Source of the DNA: Felis catus
Lineage: Eukaryota
Assembly (NCBI RefSeq): GCF_018350175.1
Contig: NC_058373.1
Coordinates: forward strand, 106,394,001-106,458,000
Reading direction: 5' to 3'
Length of the DNA stretch: 64,000 nt
This document shows, one piece after another, positions 1-12,860 of this stretch; position 1 is the first letter of the stretch, and each line of letters opens with the position of its first letter. Below the pieces are notes generated by a model that had not been told where the DNA came from, made no database searches, and worked only from the letters and a program-made list of their open reading frames with translations. A program made the translations under genes and the position numbers.

Positions 1-3000
1 AGATATTACAAGAAAACTCCAGAGACGGAGATAGAACTTCTGTGTAAATCCCATCTGCCCGGTGCCAGTCCACCTGCCTATATGGGACCAGGCAGACAAG
101 AAGAGACTGCCCTGAATTGGACGCCCAGCTTACGTCCTACTTAGGAATGCCGAGAGCATATAACAGAAGTGGAAGAGATTTTTGAGAGAAATGGCAGTCA
201 TTTGAAGCATTTTATGTAAGCAACACACCCTCAAGGATATGCCTATCCATTTTAAAGAGGTTATTCCACGTTTATCATTGTGACAACATAGCTAAACCTT
301 TTCCCCAAACAATATTTCAAATATTCCTAAAGAATCTGATTGTTCACAAAGTAGCTTTCCATAAAAATAAATCATAGGGATGAATCTTCTTTGTGTGCAT
401 AGTTACGCTTGGGGAATTGGGAAAGAAGAATCTGCAATTCCAAGCTTGCCATGAATTCAGTCCCTTTTAAAGGAAAGTAGCCTTAATGGTTCTGCTAAAG
501 CTGCTACCACCCTGGTCCCTCTTCTGTGTTGGGAGGAATCCATCCTGCTAGCCTGTGCTGGTGGCTTGAACTAAACGTTGATGAAGGGGAGTAATGTCCC
601 TGAGAAGGGGCTGTGACAGGCGAGCATCAGATGGTGAGGAAGCAGCCCACTCAGATCCTCCCCATCCTGGGGAACAGTAATGCTGACTGTAGAAGGAAGA
701 TGGATGGGCTGCTGATGGAGCTCAGGTGCATGGCTGGGCTGCCACCACTGTGCTAGAGAGGATTGCCATACTGCAATCCAAGGCTAGGAGGCTGATTCAC
801 TGAGGGGAGCCCATCCCCACTGCCTCACATTTTCTCGTATCCTTGGCAACTCCCATTACTGACTATAGCTGGGGTGTACAGCCTTATCTAGTACAGAAAA
901 CATGATCCAGCCATGGAATGTGGTAATAACTGCTGCCATTTACAATGTGCCAGATCTTTCTTCTACTAACCTAAGCCCCTTCAAACGTCATTTAATGAAT
1001 TCAATTTGAATCTCATTCCAATTCTAAGAGTAGGAATTATTGGCCACATTTTACAGATGAGGCTTGGGAAATTTTAGGTCAGCAACTGGTAGACTGGGGT
1101 TCAAACCCATATCTGTCTTATTCCAGAGCTCATGCCTTAGTCACCCCATAATACTGCCTGCCTCCACACCAACCTTAATAACAAGTCCTGTTTTTAAATT
1201 GGGTTCTGCTGCGTTCAAAGTAACAAGAAGCATTCACCGCAGAAAGTTTTCCCATTTTATGGGGGTTATAAAGTTTCAATAGACCGGACTTGTACAAATT
1301 CCATAGGCTCAGCAAAGAAAGGCTGCACACAGGCCTACAGTGATGTCGTCACCTTCTGCTTTGTCAACTCAAATCTGTTATTGGCTATGTCAGCTGAACC
1401 GCAGAAAAGCATCTTTCTCTGCTGACTCCGTTTGCCCTTTCCTGAGCTGATCACTCCAGGAGTGCACAGCCAAGAGGTAAATGCTCTTCATGCATAACAG
1501 TAGGGGATCCACACACAGTATTCTCTACTTAATTGGCCTATTATTCTTTAACCTTTCACTGGACTCAATAACATTTAAATGAGCTCTTGGGAAAGAGCAC
1601 AGCTATAAAACACACTGACATACAACAAAATCCCATAATATACTCCAGGGTCTTCACCTATGTGTCTGGTGTCACTATTCGTTTATTCATCAAATGTTTG
1701 GTGTGTCCCTACTATTTACCAGGCACCATTGGAGGGACTGGAGACACAGCAGCAAATCAAAGTGTGTGATGTTAAAGAACTTAAACTCTACATGGCAGCA
1801 ACAAGCAATAAATAAACAAACAAATGCGTGTATAATATAGTAAGTAATGGTAAGTGCTATGAAGTTCTAAAACAAGAGATATTTGTTCAAGAGGTCTGTG
1901 ATAAGGACTTCATGCTCATTGAACTTCTAGTGTGTCCCATGCATCAGCAGAGAGTCATGTCACTAATTCTGGCCAATGGATGGTAGCAAAACTTAAATGT
2001 GTCATTTCCAGGAGGAAGCTGTGAAGAACGAGCGTGCCCCTCCAGCTTTCTCTTCTGTCATGGTGACCTGGGAAACCATACGTTGATATTCGGTGGCATA
2101 GAAGAGAAGAAGCTTGGATCTCTTTATAGTTGGACAAAGAAGAGCCCCCACCAACTAGCAGCAGATTCTGTAGGAGCTAGAAGTAAATATTTGTTGAGCT
2201 AAGCCATTGAGATTTGGCGGTTTGTTACTCCAATATGGCCTGACAGAGTCAGAAAACCATAAATGCCGAAGCCTGGGGGGAAAAAACAAATGGGACTGAA
2301 GATTCAGGGAACTGCATACCACAGTTGGGGTCAACTCAGTGGCTTCAAACCTTACATGGGCATTTCACATCACCCTGGGGGATTCTAAAAAATTCTGATA
2401 TAAGGATGTTACACGCAAAGATTATACTCTGGGATATTTAGGGTGGGACCTAAGCATATATATTTTGGGTAAAAAAATCAACACTTAACAGAAGAAGATA
2501 AATTGGGCCAGCTGGATTTAAAAAGCCTTCCCAGAAGCAACCTGTCCCACAATATGCTTGGGAAGGAGCTTATTAGTGAGATCAAGTCAACTTCCTATAA
2601 ATCACTGGAAAGCAGCCAAACTGTGACATATGAAGAAAACCTATAAACTTATTAATTGAAATTTTATGAAAGAATATGTTGTAGAAAGAATTCCTGCATT
2701 AAATTAGTAACTGGGCTAGATTCTTCCAAAGTCCAATCTCATTGTATAATTATTATTAACATAAATATTTAAATAGTAATAAAATGAGAGAGTAATTACT
2801 TAGCTTATGATTTCAATTAACCCTCACAAGAATCCTGTGATGCATGTACTATTCTCCCCTTTGAACAGATGAAAAAAATTGAAGTGCAGACAGGTTAAAT
2901 TGCCCCAAATTACACAGCTAGTAGTGAGTGGTGGAACAGGATCCAAACCCAGCTGGCCCCTGAGTCCTTGTCCCAGTGAAGAGAAGGATATACAATCAAA

Positions 3001-4092
3001 ATCATACAGAATCCAGAGCAGGGGAATCTAGACAAGGGGCCACTGGAGAGGGAAGGACCTTAGGCTCAGGGATCCTGCTCTAATTCTAATTGAGGATCCC
3101 AGTTCTTAGAGGACAGTTCACAGGTTGCCAGAGTGAGATGGAAATTTCCGATGAAGCCATCCACTCTTCTTGCTCTAATTCTGTATCAGGCAGCAATGAA
3201 CTGATCTCCACACTAGGATGTAGTTCTCCTGGTACATATCCAGTGCAAATTTAGAAAAGGCATCCTAGTTTATTCCAGAGTCTAATATGTTTGTGTTTCA
3301 GAACATATACTACTGGGAATGGAGTCTTGGACTGAGGAAACTACTCCCTAAAACAGTGGACTAGACTTACCCTAAGGTGGCTCCTTCCTTCAGAGCCTTC
3401 TGGAGATCTGCTGCATAGGAAGAGTCATACTCTAGCTCACTAACACATGAAAAAGAATGGGCTTATCAAATTAAACCTGTATAGTACACCCTAAGAAATG
3501 GGAAGCGTGAAGGACTCTGAGGATACAGAATATAGGGACTGCATGTTTTGAAAGGGAAGCAAGGAGAGCTCAGGAGCACTGGGAGCCTTCAAGTAGCTGA
3601 AGGACGGTGTTGAGGTGAAGGATGCGAGAGTGGTGGGAGGCAGAGGACCCCAAGATACTGTGTTTATGTCCCAATTTTGCCTGGGGCTAGCGCTAGGCAG
3701 AGGGACTTTTCTAGTTCTCCCAGCAGTTTATCTCACAAAAACTTTATATGCTTTTGCTCTGGTGAATCTGATGGTCACCACGTGGGCTACTTCTTACTTT
3801 GCACAATTCCAGAGGTCACCAGCTACTCACCCTGCAGTTATTAAAGATCTCTTCCATTTTTCTGACAATATTTCACTAAGTTGCAACACAATGTCTTGAG
3901 GACAGGATTGTCTTTTTCAAACAGGATCAGAATTATGCTACCAGTAATTCTGGCAGAAGGACTGACCAACATCAGTAGAGGAGAGTACAAAATAGGTATA
4001 GAGAAGGAGAAGCAAGACATAAAATTGTGCAGGTATGGGACACGTGTTCCAACATACGTTCTGACTGTAGGCTTTTCTCAACCTCATGTTCC

Positions 4093-4502
4093 ATGTTATC
4101 ATATCAGTCAGGAGGAGGCTAGCTATAGTAACAACCCCAAAATTTCAGTGGCTTACCATGGGAGAAATTTATTTTGAGCTAATGTAATCGATCAACATGG
4201 AGTGCATTAGCAAGCAGATTTCCTCCAGGTAGCTGGTCCAGGACCTCGCTTCTTTTCCCTTTGTCATTCCCTAGCTGTAGAGCCTTGAAGGACAAGGTAC
4301 ACCTGTGTCTTCAACATTGCCCCAGATGTGACCCATCTCACTTCCACTCACACTCTATTGATATGAACGAGGCTCATAGCTTCACCTAGATGCAAGGAAG
4401 GCTGGGAAATGCAATGCCGAACTGAGAAGCCACTTCCCAGCAATGACTGTACTACGGAAGAGGATGTATCAACGTGGTAGAAAATCTGTCTTTACCTATC
4501 AC
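4093..4502 (-). mobile_element. Old MaLR LTR (MLT1J/K-like); similar remnants at about 1900-2240, 41150-41565, 50340-50710
   Basis: gtaacaaccccaaaatttcagtggctta...cacttccactcacactctattg...gcaaggaaggctgggaaatg. Confidence 0.65.
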
Positions 4503-5479
4503 AAAATAGCCATCATATAAATTATAAGGGCAAATATTATGTACAGGTGGAGGTATAAAACTTACAATTCAAGTGAATGATCTGTATCTCATCCTAGAAG
4601 CATAACAGTCCAGATGTGACCCATGAACAGTAACACTGAAATCCAAAAAGTGTCTCTTCAAGAGGATTTTGCCCTCAGCCTCTAGGGTTTGGCTCGGGGA
4701 TTTCTCAATCAAGGAGTCCTTTTGTGTTCTTAGACACACTAATGGGATCTGAGGGAAAGGTGTGGTGTCCACAAGAATGAGAATGTGAACCATGAAAAGT
4801 TTTAGAAATCAAAGTCAAAGCCAGGATTTTTGGCTTTGAAATTAGAGCACATCTTTGCAGAATATAAAAAAAATCTACCCTGAATTTCCAGATTCTGTTC
4901 AGAGGAATATAAAAGGGCATAAAAATGTGGACTCCAACAAAGGGGAAGAGTAAGAAAATAAAAGGGACAAATTGACAATGAGGCCATTTTACCCATATCA
5001 AAATTATCTAGAATCAAATTACTTATGATATTATTTATTTCCAACTTTAGAGTTGGAAATGTAAAATTGATGTAAAATCAATGTAAAATGAATTCATTAT
5101 CAGTTGGCTAGCCTAAAATTAAAGAAAAATTAAATCCTTTCCAGGGTACTGGACTGAATTTCCAGCTGACTGATAAAGATAACACTTGACCTAGCTGCAC
5201 ATATTGTGTACTGTTATAAAAGTCCTATTTACGTACATATACATTTATGATAATAAATCTTACATCTTTATATTCTAAAGTAACTTGGCATAGAGAAACT
5301 TTTAAATTTTCTTAAAAACAACTAAACTACTTGGAAATCAATTTATTTGGAAAAGGGCACTAGATGCGAATCAATCAGATTATTATTTCAAATCCTGGTT
5401 CTTCTCCCCCTGAAATACCATTTGAAACAACTGACTATACCTAAGTTTTTGACTTCAATTTAAAATGATCCAAAACCTT

Positions 5480-5707
5480 GGGGCGCCTGGGTGGCGCAGT
5501 CGGTTAAGCGTCCGACTTCAGCCAGGTCACGATCTCACGGTCCGTGAGTTCGAGCCCTGCGTCAGGCTCTGGGCTGATGGCTCGGAGCCTGGAGCCTGTT
5601 TCCGATTCTGTGTCTCCCTCTCTCTCTGCCCCTCCCCCATTCATGCTTTGTCTCTCTCTGTCCCAAAAATAAATTAAAAAAAAAAAAAAGTGGAAAAAAT
5701 AAATAAA
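5480..5707 (+). mobile_element. Young felid Can-SINE (SINEC_Fc-like)
   Basis: GGGGCGCCTGGGTGGCGCAGTCGGTTAAGCG head, (CT)n, A tail; TSD taaaatgatccaaaacct at 5461-5478 and 5708-5725. Confidence 0.95.
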
Positions 5708-6944
5708 TAAAATGATCCAAAACCTACAATTAGTAGGAAACTATGGTTCATAAATTCTACATCGTGTTATATTTTGTGTTTTGTTACAGGCCAAATGGTA
5801 TAGCTTAATTAATTCTGATAAAAACTAGGTTACCCATTTAGGAATATCTTTTGAAACACTGTCCTTGTGCTGGTTCCCCCCCCCCCAAAATATGGATAAT
5901 AATTTAACTGATCAATCACCTCATAAATGGCTCAGCCATTTAGGCATTTAGTGGCCACTGTAAAATCATTCAAAGACATATTTTCTTACATCATATCCCA
6001 AGAGATCTGTAAATTTCAAATCCTGCCACTTTGAGATGAGGCTAAAAAGTAAAGGTTGGATATTTTCATCACAACCACTGGATGGCAACAGACATTAACA
6101 CTCAGTTGAGATAATGAATACAAAAACCACTCTTCTGCTTTACTTAATTTCCTCTGCATTTTTAAGGTGGAGAATCAAATCTCCTTGAGATGTTAGGGGC
6201 TGGTAAAAAAAAAAAAAAGTGAGTTTGAAAGTAAAAAAATTAGTTTGGGAACACATAATCTGCTTTTGCTACTAGTTTGTGTGTAGAAAAATCCCCCATG
6301 CTTTCAGTGCTCAGCCAAGAGTTGTAAGAAAATAACTACCAGAAGGGAAGACTTAAGCCAGAATGCTATATTTACCAGAATATGCAGCTTTGAACTGAAT
6401 CATTAGTGGTAGTGAAATCTTTTATCTTGTATGAGATCAAGCTTGTAACTCCTCACTGTGCCTGGTAGTATACAGCCCAACTCCACCCTCGGGCCTTTTT
6501 TCTCTTCCATGAATTTTCCAAGCTATAAACAGAGGCCACCTGGGGGACTCTTCTGACTCAGGAGGCCCTACACTACTGGGAATGTGAATGGTTAGCTGTC
6601 TGTGTTCCCACCATGTCCTTCTGGGGTCTTTGTTCTGGAGGCTTTGTGAGGTCGGGAGATGTTAGAAGCATCCTCCAGAGTGAGCTGGTAAGACTCACGT
6701 GACCTCCCCTCCCCTTCTCCCATGAGGAGGTGGAAGTCTCAGAGTTAACAGTATTATCTTCATTCTAAACTCCATACAAGAACCATTTTAATTAATCTCT
6801 AAGCCCAAACAGAAAAGCCAACTTTGAGGATTCTGGCTCAAGCCCTGAAGAAGTTGGGGCACTACAGGAAAAAAATTGCCAAAGATTACTCTGAGTGTTC
6901 TGAAAGTTCAGCCTCATAATTCCTCAAAATTCCCTCATCATTCT

Positions 6945-7106
6945 CCAATTCTGGTGTGCCTAGGATTCACTGGAAGCTACTTAATGAAGCAGATTCCTCA
7001 AGCCCCTCCCTAGGAGACCGTGGGGTGAGCCTAGGAATTTGTATTTTAAAAAACAAATTTGTTTCTGACATAAATGGCCTACCAACAACACTTTGAGAAA
7101 CACTGT
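6945..7106. mobile_element. MER5A-like hAT MITE (similar copies at about 2340-2470, 10690-10850, 12545-12930, 19028-19522)
   Basis: Motifs gcagattcct...ggggtgagcctaggaatttgtatttt...cactttgagaaacactg. Confidence 0.65.
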
Positions 7107-7551
7107 CGACAAGAAGCAAACAGTTCCATTGAGCACCTAGTCCTCTCTCCCTACCAAGTGTCCCAAATTTCACAAGGAGAGAGAAAGTTCCTGTATCAAT
7201 ACTTCACCAGGCACAGGAGGACTACTGCCTCAAGCGTAGGTCATTTAAAACTCAGAAGGACTATTACAGAGCCTACTGACTCCGAAGCACTGAGTAATCA
7301 CAAAGCCCACGGTCAGCCGTAGCCTTGGGCTGAGGTAACTACACCCAATAGAATGCCTGTCCCTCCTTCAGACCCAATTTGAGGGTTTGCCTTAAAGCTA
7401 CCTTTCCTCTGACTTTAACCTCTGCTCTGTGCCAGGGTGCTATCTTTTCTTTGCCTGTTAGTATAATTTTTATTCATATTTAGGACTGTACTTTAGGATT
7501 TCTGAAGCTTTTATGAGTTCCAGCCTCTACCCAACCTTGTATCTAATTCTA

Positions 7552-7784
7552 TTTTTTTTATTATTTTTATTTTAGAGAGAAGTCAGGGGGTGGAAAAGAG
7601 TATGAGGAGGGGAGAGGGGCAGAGGGAGAAAGAGAGAGACAGAGAGACAGAGAGACAGATTCCGAAGCAAGCTCCACACTCAGCGCCGAGCCTGATGCAA
7701 AGCTTGATGCCACGACCCTAGGATTATGACCTGAGCTGAAATCAAGAGTCAGACGCTCAACCAACCCAGCTGCCCAGGTGCCCC
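7552..7784 (-). mobile_element. Older Can-SINE
   Basis: Reverse-complement head ...caggtgcccc, (GA)n, T tail; TSD tatctaattctattt at 7540 and 7786. Confidence 0.9.
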
Positions 7785-8673
7785 TTATCTAATTCTATTT
7801 AAATAACTGACTTGCTTGTCCACAATCCCTGCCCACCTTACTACATGCCTTATTTAATCTCCACAGGTACCATATTTGACCCTCATTTCAGTTCCAGCCC
7901 CAGCCACCCAAACATCCCTGTCATCTAAACACACTGATGACCATTAGGTCCTCAGCTGCTTGGCCATGGAAATATACTAGATATACAGCTCAAACTGTGA
8001 GAGTATTTCAGTGCCATCATCAGCCAAATGGACGGTTTCTAGCAGCAGACACAAAAACACAGATTCAATGACAGCATCAAAGTTTAGGGTATTTTTCCCT
8101 TTGTAAATCTTTTTGCATCTACTTGTAATCATTATGGTGACGGAAAACCGAAATGGAACCGAGAGGTGTTGGGAATAAGATCACTGCAACCACCCATCCA
8201 ATGCATCAGTGAGTCCTATGAAGTCAGTCTCCAAAATCCACCTCAAATCCATCCATTCCTCTCCACCTGCATTGCTACTACTCTCTCCCGGTCACCATCA
8301 TCCCATGCCCCCACTACTGCAGTACCTTCCTAATCAGGCTTCCTGCTTCCATACTTGTCCTCCTCCAATCTTTCCCCCCTACAACAGCCAATGTGACCTC
8401 AAAAAAATGGAAAGCAGGTCATGTTACTTCCAAGTTTCAAAATCTTTTGGTGGCTCCCTGTAATGTTTGATATAAAGACCAAACTCTGCACCTTGGTCTG
8501 GGTATGAAAGGGCACTGCCAACCTTCCAATCCCACTTCTTGTCACTGTCCCCTTTGCCTACCACACTCTATCTACACAGACCTTTTTTTTTCAGTTTCTA
8601 GAATGACCCCAGAACTTTCTTGCCTCTGGGCTTGGTATTTTCTGTTATTTGGAATTTTAATGATTTCTCTCTC

Positions 8674-8885
8674 TTTTTTTTAAATGTGTATTTATTTTGA
8701 AAGAGAGTGAGCAAGCACACGTGAGCAGGGGAGGGGCAGAGAGAGACTAAGAGAGAGAATCCCTAGCAGGCTCTGCACTGTCAGCTCAGAGCCTGATGTG
8801 GGGCTGGATCTCACAACCATGAGATCATGATCTGAACCAAAATCAAGAGTCAGACACTTAACTAACTGAGCCACCCAGGAGCCCC
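8674..8885 (-). mobile_element. Older Can-SINE inserted in an L2 remnant
   Basis: ...ctgagccacccaggagcccc head on the minus strand, with T-rich tail. Confidence 0.9.
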
Positions 8886-11326
8886 TCTTGAATAATCTCT
8901 TGCGATAGTGGACTACGCAATTTCCTCCTTCTCTGACCTTCCTATCTAAGTGTCACTACCACCAGGAAACTCTCACTCTCATACACATCATTCTATTGAT
9001 TTCCTTTTTCATCGAAACCCCTCCTCCCCACCAGTGTAAGCCCACAAAGGTGGATTCATGTCTGCCTTAGTCACCATTATATGGATAGCATCAGGCATGT
9101 AGTATACCTTATTGGTTGAGTCAAAAGAAGGATAAATGAATTGGTAACGTCTTGCTTTTGCAAGGCTGGCATACATTCAGTAAAATTTATTTCATTCTGT
9201 ATTAGAGTGTTTTGTGGGGTTGCAAAGATAGAATCCAGAAGTGCAGAGACTATATCTGTGAATATCTCATCCAGACTTCAGTGGAAGGTGAGGTTAGTAT
9301 TTAAAAGGGGCGGGGAATACCCTGGAGCAGGTCTTGGCTCTGAGAATTAGAAGTATGTGAGTTATAGCCTCCAAGATGCTTGATTACATCAGCAAGAAAG
9401 GATGATTTACGTGAGTGGCAAAAGAGCTGGATGATGAATCAGAATCACCATCTAACAGGGTCATTATTTCTTAGAGGCACCATAATGCTTGCCATCTGTG
9501 AACTGTGTCTCTACAGGCAAGTTCAAGGTTGATCTGAATCCATCTTAGGAGCGAATCTATGCTCCACTCTGTGCCCAGGCAAAATTTACTAGGGAGTTGG
9601 GGTTTACTACGTCCCCCAAAATGACACTGAAATATAACAGAGATGTAATCAGCATATCAGACCTTTATTATACACACCCTACTGAAGTATCAAAGAATAT
9701 CTGTCACTAGAAAGAATAGGCTCTGGGGCCACCAAGGGGTGGAGCAATTCTATCCAAGCCTGACAAGAAAATCTCCCCAGTGTTCTGAAGTCACCATCTA
9801 AAAATCATAGATCAATATGCAATCTGGGCCAATGCTTGCCTCGTGACTACTTCAGAAGGTAAAGGCAGTGAGGTGAGAGGCTTACAGGCAGTCTCGTTTG
9901 GGATGCCTAGGCCAGGACAGCACCTTCTATCGCGGGGCAAAGTCTCATAAAAGTAGCTTAATTGTTGTGAGTAGTCTGAGATGGAAGGCTCAGTGTCTCC
10001 CTCTAAGTATTACATTGCATTCATCCTCACAGAAGCCAAACTTTATCCAACAGCTACCAGGTCCGTCTTGTTGAAAGCTGGCGCCGGGGGCAGCCGCTAC
10101 AAGGGAAGGGGCCTAAGTCCTCAGAATGATTCTGAAATGTGCGCTGTGAAAGGTAGCGACTCTCCAGGAATCTTGACAGCCTGGCTTATGAATTCAGTCT
10201 CATGAAAGCAAATTAAAATATGGGACTAGAAGATGGTTGGGTTTTTTTTTTTTTGTTTTTTTTTTTTTTTTTTTGCTTAGAATTACGGGAAGAAAAGTAA
10301 GTGGGTCACACTCCTTTTGGTTCTCTTCAAATGTTTTAGGACAGAAGCAATATCTGGCCTAATAATGAGAAGCAATAATAAACATCATAAATGTTAGGTC
10401 TATTTAGAAGACCTCCATCTGGTAGCCTTCCTGCAAATCACTCCCCCAGGGAAGAGAGAGGCTTTTCCCTACCATGAGGGGCAGACCCCGGCAAGCTCCA
10501 GCTGCTGCAGCTGGTGTCCACAGAGAGAAAAGGTGCAGAGGCCTGCTTCCCGGGGCATGAGAAGGGATGGAAGCAGCTGAGAGCCCCCTCAGTCTCTCTA
10601 ATTAAAAAGCCACATATACCTAGGGGCACACTCACCAAGGTGTTTTTCACTATCGGTCTGGGCTGCCCGGCTCATCTGCTTATAACCAGCATGCTCTTCA
10701 GCACGCTCATTAAAAGTACAGGTTTATGCCCTGGCGTATTCTGATTCTGTAGTTCTGGGGTAGGGGCAGAGTGGGAACCTGCATTTTTTAATTGGTACTC
10801 TAGGAGATTCTGAGAAACCTGGTGCTCAGGCAACACTTTGAGGACCACTGGCTTAACCTGGTATTTCTCAAACTGGTGTCACTGGATGCATTCTTAAGAC
10901 TGCCACAAAGAGGATTTTTACATTTTATAGTCTTTATGTTGATAATCGTTCAACTATTAAGAACATTCTGGATCATCTGGATGACAATTTTATAACCAAA
11001 CACTACCACAAGACTTCCACTGAAGTGTTTACATTCGGGTTGCACTTTTAACCTTGTCTCAGGCTAGGGAGTCTTTATTTAGATCTAGACCCGATCTGAA
11101 TGTTCAAGCCAACGTGAAGCCCAAATGATAACCTGTCATCAGCTCAGGAAGGGCACAGAGGAAGGAAAGGAGCAGAGTTTGACAAATAACATCAACGTAT
11201 TACATTTGGAGGGTCCATGGGATGTCCAGCCAACAGTGGGTAAATGGGCGTGGAGCTCAGGAGAATTCTCCAAAGCCAGAGATCTGCGAGGTGGGGCACC
11301 AAAGGCAGTGGCTAAAAACCTGTGTA

Positions 11327-11558
11327 GGGGGCGCCTGGGTGGCGCAGTCGGTTAAGCGTCTGACTTCAGCCAGGTCACGATCTCGCGGTCCGTGAGTTCG
11401 AGCCCTGCGTCGGGCTCTGGGCTGATGGCTTGGAGCCTGGAGCCTGTTTCCGATTCTGTGTCTCCCTCTCTCTCTGCCCCTCCCCCGTTCATGCTCTGTC
11501 TCTCTCTGTCCCCAAAATAAATAAATGTTAAAAAAAAAAAAATTAAAAAAAAAAAAAA
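11327..11558 (+). mobile_element. Young felid Can-SINE
   Basis: Canonical head and tail, CpGs retained; TSD-like aaaaa(c/t)ctgtg. Confidence 0.95.
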
Positions 11559-11679
11559 TCTGTGGGAGTTCAGAGATACAAAAAATTTTGCAACCACGTG
11601 TTATTTATTTAGGCATGCCCAACATGGAGATACTATATTAAGGTAATTTTACCCTCTTGGTATAAAACAGATAATCCAT

Positions 11680-11902
11680 GGGGTGCCTGGGTGGCGCAGT
11701 TGGTTAAGCGTCTGACTTCAGCCAGGTCACGATCTCGCGGTCTGGGAGTCCGAGCCCCGCGGCGGGCTCTGGGCTGATGGCTCAGAGCCTGGAGCCTGTT
11801 TCCGATTCTGTGTCTCCCTCTCTCTCTGCCCCTCCCCCGTTCATGCTCTGTCTCTCTCTGTCCCAAAAATAAATAAACGTTGAAAAAAAAAAAAAAAAGA
11901 AA
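11680..11902 (+). mobile_element. Young felid Can-SINE
   Basis: Canonical head and tail, 120 bp downstream of the previous copy. Confidence 0.95.
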
Positions 11903-12637
11903 TGTTAATAAAAACCCGTGTGGGGGACAGCAAGGAAATGAGGGACAAAGAAAGACAGGGACAGAACTCAGAGGCAAGACAGGAACTGGAAGGAAGGTGG
12001 CAAAAAAGATCAGAAAAGAGGTCAGAGAGTAAGGGGTGGAGCAGGAAGGGGAAACATCAGGGAAATAAGGAGGAAAAAGTTCCGAGAAGGAGAGAACAAT
12101 GTTCACAAGAGTGGGGATTGTCCTGGAATTTACTGTTACAGGAAGTAAGTTACAAAGCAGTCAGTGCAATGTGATAGCACTTGTGCGGTAACAAATTGTA
12201 TGTGCCCAAATACTTCAAGAAAGTCTCTGAAAGGAACAGGAATGGCAAAACCAAACCAAAATCCTATGATTATCTCTGAGAATTAGATCAGGATGGTGGA
12301 GCAGGGGGACTGTAACTTTTATTTTGCACTATTTTGTGCAGCTTAAATGTATTATTTTGAACATGCACCACTTTCTCTCTAGTGTTTTCAGGACTGGCCA
12401 GCAGGATGATATTAAATTACCAGAGAGGACAAAAAGATGAGATTCAAAAGAGGCCATTTTAGGGGCAAGAAGGTATCACTGGTGACTTTCATCAGGATGG
12501 TTACAGGTAGGAATGTGAAAGCTGGCTGCCACAGTCTAAAACACTGCTTCTCAAGCTCTGCCATGCCTAGGAATTACTAGGGGATCTTGTCAGAACACAG
12601 ATTCTGATTCTGTAGGTCTGAGATGGAGTGACATTTC

Positions 12638-12860
12638 TTTTTTTTTTTTTTTTTCCAACGTTTATTTATTTTTGGGACAGAGAGAGAGACAGAGCATGAA
12701 CAGGCGAGGGGCAGAGAGAGAGGGAGACACAGAATCGGAAACAGGCTCCAGGCTCTGAGCCATCAGCCCAGAGCCCGACGCGGGGCTCGAACTCACGGAC
12801 CGCGAGATCGTGACCTGGCTGAAGTCGGACGCTTAACCGACTGCGCCACCCAGGCGCCCC
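12638..12860 (-). mobile_element. Young felid Can-SINE inserted into a MER5-like element
   Basis: Near-consensus copy; TSD ggagtgacatttct at 12625 and 12863. Confidence 0.95.

Noticed and set aside
5480..5560. tRNA-like A/B boxes in SINE heads
   Set aside because: Can-SINEs are tRNA-derived; no complete cloverleaf tRNA gene was seen.
9905..9925. REST/RE1 site (GGACAGCACC half site; TCAGCACC half sites also at about 15371, 31681 and 58220)
   Set aside because: Only isolated half sites, with no properly spaced full RE1 found by eye.
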